Of a DNA stretch of 64,000 bases, positions 51,469 through 59,245 are shown piece after piece. Numbering within the stretch: the first letter of the stretch is position 1; each line of letters opens with the position of its first letter. The notes under the pieces were generated by a model, which had not been told where the DNA came from, did not search any database, and saw nothing but the letters and a program-made list of their open reading frames with translations. Both the position numbers and the translations under genes were made by a program. The DNA is from an uncultured Bacteroidales bacterium (GTDB taxonomy: Bacteria > Bacteroidota > Bacteroidia > Bacteroidales > Paludibacteraceae): positions 2,576-66,575 of the forward strand of contig CALUML010000001.1 in assembly GCA_944321745.1 (NCBI GenBank), written 5' to 3'.

Positions 51469-53178
51469 TTACTTCACAACCACCTTGCCTACGCTGTTGC
51501 CCACTTTCACGACCACGATGCCGGCTTCCACAGCCACGCTGTTCAGGCCGTCAACAGTCGCGCCCGCGTATACGCATTGGCCGAGGGTGTTGATTACTTC
51601 CACCCGTTCGCCTGCAACGGCGTTGAAGTAGATGGTGCCGTTCACGGCATAGAGGCCGTCAAGGGTTACCGAGGCAATGCCCGTACCGGGACCTTCATCG
51701 TTCAACGTAGTTACGGATATTTCATTCGACACAGGCGAAGTTTCTTCATTGGCTTTGGCCGTTACCGCGTAGGAGTATTCCGTGGCCGGGGTCAAGCCGG
51801 TTACTTCGTGCGAAGTGCCGTTTACATCTTGCGGATAGCCGTCTACTCTAACTAAATTATCCACCATTATGTCATCCAAGAAGAAACGTTCACTGCCACT
51901 GAATGTTATTTGGGTGTTTTCTGTCCCGTTGGCAATGACGATACTATATTCAGTAAATTCATTATTCTTCATTTCCACAGTTGATTGGGCGAGCTCTCCA
52001 CCTCCTGAGATGGCCACGGATAACGTTGTATTGTCCTTATTCCAAGCTCCAGCCCTGAATGTAAGCGTAGCATCGCCATCCAGTCCCAATGCAGGAGTGG
52101 TAATATGACCTGCATCGCTTGATGTTCCCAATTTGATGCAACCATTAGCTTTGTATACCCGTTCGATTTCCCAACCAGGAAAATCCGTGGCACTTGCTGG
52201 TGCAGAGGCAATGCTTCCACTCCATTCCCCATCGTTTCCTCCTGTACCATCCATGTTGTCGAATGCTTCTGCAAGGAATACTTCACCAGAATACACATCC
52301 AGCGAATAAGAGGTGGCTCCGTCCAGCTCTTCCCACTTAGCCACAAACGAATTGGCGGTTACGCTCTCGGCATCCAAAGCTGCAGGAGTACCCAAGACCG
52401 CATTGCCCGACAAAGCAACGGTAGCTGTGGTTTCTCCGCTTGTTAAGGTGAGCGTGCCCGTGTGTGAACCTAAAGCAGCAGGGCTGTAGGAAACTTTCAA
52501 CGTACCTCCTGTTGCTTCCATTTCTGTTGCACCAGTTGCAAATCCTTCGCCTGTAACTGCAACCGCAATTTTGTCGGTTAAATTAGCTGCAATAACGGTG
52601 ATTTCTTGTTCGGCTGTAGCACCTACGGCTACATCTGTAAAGGTGATGTTTTCAACCGTTTCTATTGTGGGAAGTGTTGCTTTCCCTGTTAAAACAACAT
52701 CATCGATGCGCACATTGCTGGAACTCGTATTTGTAAAAACCAACACCATTTCGGTCGTACCGCTCGCTATGGTAATGGGATAAGTAGTTACTTTGTCCAC
52801 AGATGTATCACGAGTTCCGATTGTAATGCCCTCCGATGTAGATGACACTGTAGTGCGTGTGTTGTCATTGTTTTTGAAAGTCAGAGTAGCTTCCCCTTCC
52901 GCTCCTTTTAGGTCGGTCAAGGTAACCGTCCACGTTGCATCGTCTTTGGATAACAACAATTCCGGCGCAGTACCTCCTGCAAGCTTTTCATTATATAGCT
53001 TTGTTTTGCTATTACTTTGGGTATACATTGTGCTGTTGATTTCGCTCGGAGTATCATTCGCACTTCCTGATGACCAATCTTCGCTCCATATGGTCACATT
53101 TTGCCCCCATGCGCTTCCGCTCCCCACTGCCAATACGGCGGCGAGGAACAAACTTTTCAAAAGAGTAAATCTTCTCAT
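51469..53178 (-). CDS. Secreted surface protein with Ig-like, FN3 and beta-sandwich domains and a T9SS-type CTD
   Basis: Signal peptide; FN3 motifs 'SFVAKW..V' and 'VTGLTPATEYSYAV.A'; CTD 'VEVINTLGQ...KVVVK'. Confidence 0.85.
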   Translation of the reverse strand: MRRFTLLKSLFLAAVLAVGSGSAWGQNVTIWSEDWSSGSANDTPSEINSTMYTQSNSKTKLYNEKLAGGTAPELLLSKDDATWTVTLTDLKGAEGEATLTFKNNDNTRTTVSSTSEGITIGTRDTSVDKVTTYPITIASGTTEMVLVFTNTSSSNVRIDDVVLTGKATLPTIETVENITFTDVAVGATAEQEITVIAANLTDKIAVAVTGEGFATGATEMEATGGTLKVSYSPAALGSHTGTLTLTSGETTATVALSGNAVLGTPAALDAESVTANSFVAKWEELDGATSYSLDVYSGEVFLAEAFDNMDGTGGNDGEWSGSIASAPASATDFPGWEIERVYKANGCIKLGTSSDAGHITTPALGLDGDATLTFRAGAWNKDNTTLSVAISGGGELAQSTVEMKNNEFTEYSIVIANGTENTQITFSGSERFFLDDIMVDNLVRVDGYPQDVNGTSHEVTGLTPATEYSYAVTAKANEETSPVSNEISVTTLNDEGPGTGIASVTLDGLYAVNGTIYFNAVAGERVEVINTLGQCVYAGATVDGLNSVAVEAGIVVVKVGNSVGKVVVK

Positions 53179-53419
53179 AACCGTAAAATTTAAATTGTTT
53201 GTATTCCTATTATATATAATGTATAAGTTGATTTCCGCTCCTACATATTCAAACGCAAAGAAAGGCACAAGGCATTACCCATCTGTTGCGTACACGTTAA
53301 GATATGGTTAAGAAGCACGCCGTCGCGTAAAGACAGACAAAAGTACGTGCTTTCAGTGTAGCAAACAAATAACGGGCGGATTTTGTTTGGATTTTTGTGA
53401 AAGATGAAAGAGAAAAAGT

Positions 53420-53427
53420 TATCTTTG
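53420..53427 (+). promoter_or_regulatory. -7 promoter element (TATCTTTG) for the two small genes
   Basis: TAnnTTTG with TTTG at 53394-53397; a divergent TACTTTTG lies at 53345-53338. Confidence 0.6.
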
Positions 53428-53477
53428 CACAGGGAAACAATCATAGTCCCTCGGGCGGCTGCCCCACCGAGTGCCAT

Positions 53478-53723
53478 ATGGGAAACTTTACGAAACAGCA
53501 AGAAGAAAGAAAAGAAGTCAGGGAAAGGGAGAAACTGAGCCGGGAAACGCTGGGCAAGTTCTTCTACGACCTGGCTAAAATCACATTCACCGCATTGGTC
53601 GTGGGGAGTGTCGCATCAATCATAACCGGACAGGAACAACTGGAGTATTGGCTGCTAATGGCCATAGGGACAACAGCGACTTGTCTGCTTGCTTATATTG
53701 GGTATAAAACAATAAAACTATAA
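53478..53723 (+). CDS. Small 2-TM membrane protein (DUF6722-like)
   Basis: MGNFTKQQEE...RETLGKFFYDLAKITF followed by two hydrophobic helices. Confidence 0.75.
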   Translation: MGNFTKQQEERKEVREREKLSRETLGKFFYDLAKITFTALVVGSVASIITGQEQLEYWLLMAIGTTATCLLAYIGYKTIKL

Positions 53724-53726
53724 ATT

Positions 53727-53831
53727 ATGGAAGGATTGATAGGGCTTTTTTCCATCGTGGCAATCATAGCCTTGGGCATTGCCATTTGGATGAATACCAA
53801 GCGCGGCAAGAAATGGCTGGAGAATTTGTAG
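53727..53831 (+). CDS. 34-aa single-TM peptide
   Basis: Manual translation MEGLIGLFSIVAIIALGIAIWMNTKRGKKWLENL; starts 3 nt after the previous stop. Confidence 0.7.
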   Translation: MEGLIGLFSIVAIIALGIAIWMNTKRGKKWLENL

Positions 53832-53846
53832 ACGTTTTCAGCTTCT

Positions 53847-54079
53847 AACCGCAAAGGGCGCAAAGGAATGAAAGACTACGGCAGACCGTGGTTCTTATAT
53901 TCCTTTGCGCCCTTTGTGCGGTTGTCATTCTTCCTGCAGCACACCGTAGAGACAAAGCATGCCTTGTCTCTACAACAACGCGCATCCAAGGCCTACGCCC
54001 TTGCGGCATCCAGCGTAGGGCAACGCCCTACGGAGGATAGAGGCACACACCGTAGAGACAAGGCAGGCGTTGTCTCTAC
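53847..54079. repeat. Composite: CGCAAAG nonamer hairpin (53847-53923), GTAGAGAC REP (53946-53973), 46-bp REP (53987-54032) and GTAGAGAC REP (54052-54079)
   Basis: Read directly from the sequence. Confidence 0.85.
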
Positions 54080-55046
54080 AATGTGTCGGATGGGCGGCCT
54101 TTTTCTGGGGATGGGGGTGTAGTTGGGGACATGGTTGAGGAAAGCTTCTCCATAAGTGTGTCGGACGTGCCTGTGGCGAATTTACGGGCGAACATTTTGC
54201 CGCTGGCCATTAGCTCGTCGTAGTCATCGAGGGAGAACACCTTGATAGCCCGCCCATATTCGAAGTAGGTGATGGCCGAGAGGGATTGCAAGCCCTCGTA
54301 GCAAGGGCGGGGGTACACGGTGCAGCGGTCGCGCCAGGGCGAGTTGAAAATGATGGTGGGGATGACCATTTCCTCGGGCACAAAGGCGTATTTGAAATAC
54401 TTCATCAATGCCTTGTTGTCGGTCATTTGGCGCAGTACGTAGCGGGCGAGGTCGGCGGTAAGGCACATATAGGAGGAAGATTGCCACACATGCCATCGTT
54501 CACCATCGGGCATTGCTATGTAAGTTTTTTTGCGGATGGGCAACACAACCATCAGCCCGCGCCAGGCTTTGGCGAGCAGGTGGGAATACTTGAAAGGTAT
54601 GTGCCGCATGTCGCGGAAGAAGTGATAGTGGGTGATTTTGCGCTGGCGAACCGGGTCGGACAGTGTGGTATGGTCGAGGCCGATGATGTATTCCTTGTCG
54701 GGATGGCGGGTCAGTTCATCGGCTATGCGGACGTTGCTCCACAGGGGATAGTCCTGCCCGGTGAGGATGAAGATGCGGTCGAATGCCTCATTGCTTTCCA
54801 AGCAGCAACGCAGCAGTTCCCGCTGGTAGAGCACTTGGTTGAAGCCTCCCCACGATACCTTATATCGTGTGGGTGTAAAGGTTAGATACTGACAAATAGG
54901 GGGTTAGTAGTGTTGATAAACGGCTTGATGTCCACATTGGCATCCACGTGGACGAAGAAACGGGTATCCTCCGTGTGCAAGGCCTGCACCATACGTGACA
55001 GCTGCTGGGGGTCTTTGTAGGCCGAAATCAAATAAGCTATCTTCAT
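54076..55046 (-). pseudogene. GT14 core-2/I-branching-type glycosyltransferase, frameshifted at a C5 tract
   Basis: N-part MKIAYLISAYKD...FFVHVD and C-part VSWGGF...LTGQDYPL...PEE...FARKF are in different frames; one extra C at 54899-54903 joins them. Confidence 0.8.
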
Positions 55047-55116
55047 GATTTTGACAAATAAACGATGTATAAGTAGCAATAGTTGCCTTCGCTTCCGCGA
55101 TTTATAGTTCCTCGTA

Positions 55117-56163
55117 TCAGTTGTTCCCTACTTCCAACCCGTCGAGCAAGGCTTTGTACAGGTCGAGGGCTTGGTCGATTTCGGCAGGGCGAATGTATTC
55201 GTCGGCGGTGTGGGAGCGGGCGGAGTCGCCGGGGCCTATCTTCGCGCTGGGGAAGGGCATGAGCGACTGGTCCGACAGCGTGGGTGAGCCGAACAGCTCC
55301 AGCCCCAGGCTTTGCGCCCGCTTCACCAAGGGATGGTCCAAGGGCGTGCGGCTGGAGTTGAGGCGCGTGGAGCGGGGCGTAACCTGGCAAGGCACGTGGG
55401 CGCGGATTTCGTCCAACAGCTCGTCGTTGCTATAGAGTTCGTTGCTGCGGACATCGACCGTGAACGTGCATCGGTCGGGTACAACGTTGTGCTGCGTGCC
55501 CGCTTGCACGATGGTAACGGTCGTTTTGACCGCCCCCAGCAGGGGGGAGCGTTTCGGAAATTCGTGCGTGCGGAACCACTCCATGCAGGGCAGGGCACGG
55601 TAAATGGCGTTGTCTCCCTCGTTGCGAGCGGCGTGTCCGGCACGTCCCGTCGCGGTGCAGTCCAGCACCATGAGTCCCTTTTCGGCCACGGCCAGCCGCA
55701 TGCCCGTAGGCTCGCCCACGAGGGCAAAGTCAATCTTCGGCAGTTCCGGCAGCAGGCGGCGCATGCCTCCCTCGCCCGACACCTCCTCCTCGGCCGAAGC
55801 GGCGAAAATGAGGTTGTACGGCTGCGGACGTTGCGCCAGGTAGAAGAACGTGTGCAGCAGGCTCACGAGCGAAGCACCGGCGTCGTTGCTTCCCAAGCCG
55901 TAGAGCCGGTCGCCCACACGGGTGGGGCTGAAGGGGTCGCGCGTCCAGCCAGCCACGGGCTTGACCGTGTCGAGGTGCGAGTTGAGCAACAGGGTGGGGC
56001 GCGCCGTGTCGAACCCCGGCCCCATTGCCCACACGTTGTTGCCCAGGCGCGAGGCGGTGTATCCCTCGGCCTCGATGTGGCGTTCGAGGCAGTCGGCGGC
56101 GGCGGTTTCCTCCCGGCTCACCGATGGAATGGCAATGAGTTGTTCGAGAAGCGAGATGAGCAT
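55117..56163 (-). CDS. argE: M20 peptidase, ArgE-like N-acyl-ornithine/citrulline deacylase
   Basis: NSHLDTV, GLGSNDAG, AEEE, VGEPT and SHTADE motifs; arg cluster context. Confidence 0.85.
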   Translation of the reverse strand: MLISLLEQLIAIPSVSREETAAADCLERHIEAEGYTASRLGNNVWAMGPGFDTARPTLLLNSHLDTVKPVAGWTRDPFSPTRVGDRLYGLGSNDAGASLVSLLHTFFYLAQRPQPYNLIFAASAEEEVSGEGGMRRLLPELPKIDFALVGEPTGMRLAVAEKGLMVLDCTATGRAGHAARNEGDNAIYRALPCMEWFRTHEFPKRSPLLGAVKTTVTIVQAGTQHNVVPDRCTFTVDVRSNELYSNDELLDEIRAHVPCQVTPRSTRLNSSRTPLDHPLVKRAQSLGLELFGSPTLSDQSLMPFPSAKIGPGDSARSHTADEYIRPAEIDQALDLYKALLDGLEVGNN

Positions 56164-56178
56164 AAGTGTAGAGTTTAC

Positions 56179-56250
56179 CTCTAAATCCCCTGAAGGGGAC
56201 TTTCCCGTCCGCTTGGAGTCGGATGAAAGTCCCCTTCAGGGGATTTAGGG
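56179..56250. repeat. Inverted pair CTAAATCCCCTGAAGGGGACTTT / AAAGTCCCCTTCAGGGGATTTAG
   Basis: Perfect 23-bp arms; same CCCC-N-GGGG family as 8842 and 10274-10476. Confidence 0.85.
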
Positions 56251-56253
56251 GTT

Positions 56254-57129
56254 TTATTTCATAAATCCGTTCTTCCGCATCCAGGGTTCGAGTGCCGAAG
56301 GCCATTCTTGCGAGTCGGCTCCGGTGCGGCGCAGACCGAAACCGTGTCCGCCGTGCTCGTACACGTGCAGTTCGGCAGGCACGCCCTTGGCTTGCAAGGC
56401 GTCGTAGAACATTTGGCTGTTGGTAATGGGCACCACGTTGTCGTCTTTGGCGTGTACGATGAAGGCGGGTGGGGTGTCTTCGGTTACTTGCAGCTCGTTG
56501 GAGTAGAGCGTCATCAGTTCTTCCGTGCGGTCAGACCCCAGCAGGTTGTCGCGCGATCCGCCGTGGGTGGCTTGCTGCATGGTAATGACAGGGTAGAGCA
56601 AAATCATGAAGTCGGGGCGGTTCTTTTTGGTGAAATGCGTGCCCGCGGTCGAGGCGAGGTGCCCGCCTGCCGAGAAGCCCGAAATGCCGATTTTATGCTT
56701 GTCGAGGTGCCATTTCCTGGCGTTCTTGCGCACGATTTCGATGGCCGTCTGTGCGTCGGTCAGGGGTATGGTGTGGTGGCCGTTGGGCATGCGGTAGTAA
56801 AGTACGAATGCCGACACGCCCCGTTCGTTGAGCCATTGGGCGTATTCCGAGCCTTCTTTCGTGGCGGCCAGTCCGGCGTAGCCACCGCCGGGGCAAATGA
56901 CAACCGCCGCCCCGTTGGACTTGTCCTGGGGGGCGAAGTAGGCGTACATGCGGGCATCGCTAATGTCGCTCACCCAGCCGTCGTCGCGGTTGGCCTTGTT
57001 TTCGGGACGGTTGAGTTCGTTGCTTTCTTTCGGTCCGTTGGGATAGAGCTTGATTTCCTGTTGTGCCACGAGTGGCGTGCCGCCCAGCAACAGGGCAGCG
57101 AGTGTGGTCAATGCCATGCGTTTCATCAT
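56254..57129 (-). CDS. Secreted alpha/beta hydrolase (acetyl-xylan/BD-FAE-type esterase)
   Basis: CPGGGY, GFSAGGH, DDNVV and GGHGFG motifs; signal peptide. Confidence 0.88.
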   Translation of the reverse strand: MMKRMALTTLAALLLGGTPLVAQQEIKLYPNGPKESNELNRPENKANRDDGWVSDISDARMYAYFAPQDKSNGAAVVICPGGGYAGLAATKEGSEYAQWLNERGVSAFVLYYRMPNGHHTIPLTDAQTAIEIVRKNARKWHLDKHKIGISGFSAGGHLASTAGTHFTKKNRPDFMILLYPVITMQQATHGGSRDNLLGSDRTEELMTLYSNELQVTEDTPPAFIVHAKDDNVVPITNSQMFYDALQAKGVPAELHVYEHGGHGFGLRRTGADSQEWPSALEPWMRKNGFMK

Positions 57130-57166
57130 GTTGAAAAATATTGTTTGTTGTTTTGTATTGTTAAGT

Positions 57167-57270
57167 AGCGGAGAGCGGGGAGCGGGGAGCGGGGAGCGGG
57201 AAGTTTAGCTACAAGCTACGAGCTACAAGCTACAAGCTACAAGTGCTTCCCGCTATTCGCTACTCACTAT
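57167..57270. repeat. Heptamer tracts (AGCGGGG, AGCTACA, CGCTAYT)
   Basis: Three consecutive 7-bp tracts; the last overlaps the argB stop. Confidence 0.85.
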
Positions 57271-58045
57271 CCGCTACGGTTATTTGTGTTCCCTCGTCCG
57301 GGCGGGCTATGTGGTCGGCGCGGGTAATGACCACGCGCTTCACGCCTGCCCGCAGGGCTTCGAAGGCGTTTTCGAGCTTGGGTATCATGCCGCCTTGTAT
57401 GGTGCCGCGTTCCACGCAGGCTTTGAAGGTGGCGGGGTCGAGGTGGGGAATGACGCTGTTGTCGTCCCGCTCGTCGGCCAGCACGCCTTTTTTTTCGAAG
57501 CAGAACATGAGCGTGACTTCGAAGTGCCGTGCCAATGCTTTGGCGGCCTCGGCGGCAATGGTGTCGGCATTGGTGTTGAGCAGGTGGCCTTGCCCGTCGT
57601 GGGTGAGCGGTGCCAGCACGGGCACCACGCCCCGGCTTATGAGGTCGGCCAGCAGGGCGGCGTTCACCTGGCGCACGTCGCCCACGAAACCGTAGTCCAC
57701 TTCGCCTGCCGGGCGTTTCGCGGAGCGCATGTAGTCCATGTCGGCCCCGGTCAGTCCGAGCGCGTTCACGCCCAAGGCTTGCAGCCCGGCCACGACTTGC
57801 TTGTTGACCAGTCCGCCGTACACCATCGTAACCACGCGCAGCATGTCGGCGTCGGTAATGCGGCGTCCGTTCACCATGCGGCTTTCAATGCCGAGGCGTG
57901 CGGCGAGGGCGGTGGCCGAGCGTCCGCCGCCGTGTACCAGCACCTTGTGCCCGGCTATCTGTGCAAAGTCGGCAAGAAGCTGCCGCAACGAGGCTTCTTC
58001 CTCTACTATCTTGCCGCCTACTTTGATAAGTGTGAGTTGGTCCAT
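57260..58045 (-). CDS. argB: Acetylglutamate kinase
   Basis: KVGG, VHGGG, LNTNAD and GGMIPK motifs. Confidence 0.95.
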   Translation of the reverse strand: MDQLTLIKVGGKIVEEEASLRQLLADFAQIAGHKVLVHGGGRSATALAARLGIESRMVNGRRITDADMLRVVTMVYGGLVNKQVVAGLQALGVNALGLTGADMDYMRSAKRPAGEVDYGFVGDVRQVNAALLADLISRGVVPVLAPLTHDGQGHLLNTNADTIAAEAAKALARHFEVTLMFCFEKKGVLADERDDNSVIPHLDPATFKACVERGTIQGGMIPKLENAFEALRAGVKRVVITRADHIARPDEGTQITVADSE

Positions 58046-58047
58046 TC

Positions 58048-58200
58048 AGTTACGAGTTACGAGTCAGCTACAAGCTACGAGTGGCTTGCAGCCTTCTTAC
58101 TTTTTACCCTTGTTCATAGGGCGTTGCCCTATGCTGAACGCCACAAGGCCGTTGGCCTTGGATGTTTCATTCTTTCCTTTTTCCTTTCACCCTTTCACTT
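58048..58200. repeat. Composite: AGTTACG heptamers, 46-bp REP (58115-58160) and CCTTTYA heptamers
   Basis: Read directly from the sequence. Confidence 0.85.
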
Positions 58201-59151
58201 TGCCTCTTCCAATATTCTCTTCAGCACCACTTCGGCGGAGATTTCGCGGTTGGCGGCTTCGGGTATGACGAGCGAACGGGGGCTTTCTATCACCTCGTCG
58301 GTTACAATCATGTTGCGGCGCACGGGCAGGCAATGCATGAAGCAGGCGTTGTTCGTCACGTCCATGTGCCGTTTGCTCACCGTCCAGCTGCGGTCGGTGG
58401 AGAGTATCTGCCCGTAGTGCGGGTCGCGGTAGGCCGACCAGTTTTTGGCATAGACGAAGTCGGCTCCCTCGAGGGCTTTCATTTGGTCGTATTCCACCCG
58501 GGCCCCGCGCACGAAACGTTCGTCCAGCTCGTAGCCCTTGGGGTGGGTAATGACGAAGTCCACATCGGCCTCGTTCATGAAGTCGGCAAACGAGTTGGGC
58601 ACGGCTTGGGGCAGGGCGCGGGGGTGTGGTGCCCAGGTGAGCACCACCTTGGGGCGTGCGGTGCGCTTGTGCTCCTCTATCGTGATGAGGTCGGCAAAGG
58701 CCTGCAGGGGGTGGGCGGTGGCCGACTCCATGCTGAACACCGGCTTGCCGGAGTAGCGGATGAATTGGTTGAGAATGGTTTCCTCGTAGTCGAACGCCTT
58801 ATCGTGCAGCCCGGCAAACGAGCGCACGCCTATCACGTCGCAGTACGACCCCATGACGGGAATGGCTTCGAGCAGGTGCTCGGACTTGTCGCCGTCCATG
58901 ACCACGCCACGCTCCGTTTCGAGCTTCCATGCACCTTGGTTCACGTCGAGCACCATGGTGTTCATGCCGAGGTTCATGCCGGCCTTTTGGGTGCTCAACC
59001 GGGTGCGCAGGCTGGAGTTGAAGAACACCATGAGCAGGGTCTTGTTCTCGCCGAGCGACTTGTAGGCGAAGCGGTCTTGCTTCACTTGCAACGCCTCTTG
59101 CACGGCCTGGTGCAGGTCGCCGAGGTCTTTTACGTTGGTGTAGGTATTCAT
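58195..59151 (-). CDS. argF: N-succinyl/N-acetylornithine carbamoyltransferase (ArgF')
   Basis: FNSSLRT, HPLQ, WAPHPR and HCLPVRR motifs of the AOTCase/SOTCase family. Confidence 0.92.
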   Translation of the reverse strand: MNTYTNVKDLGDLHQAVQEALQVKQDRFAYKSLGENKTLLMVFFNSSLRTRLSTQKAGMNLGMNTMVLDVNQGAWKLETERGVVMDGDKSEHLLEAIPVMGSYCDVIGVRSFAGLHDKAFDYEETILNQFIRYSGKPVFSMESATAHPLQAFADLITIEEHKRTARPKVVLTWAPHPRALPQAVPNSFADFMNEADVDFVITHPKGYELDERFVRGARVEYDQMKALEGADFVYAKNWSAYRDPHYGQILSTDRSWTVSKRHMDVTNNACFMHCLPVRRNMIVTDEVIESPRSLVIPEAANREISAEVVLKRILEEAK

Positions 59152-59166
59152 ATTATATATGTACAA

Positions 59167-59245
59167 TGTCTACGGTCGACAGTCAGCAGTCAACGGTCGA
59201 TGGCTTATGCTGCACGGTTGACTGTTGACCGTAGACTGTAGACTG
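59167..59245. repeat. Inverted heptamer tracts (GTCAACA / TGTTGAC)
   Basis: gtctacggtcgacagtcagcagtcaacgg ... gttgactgttgaccgtagactgtagac. Confidence 0.8.
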
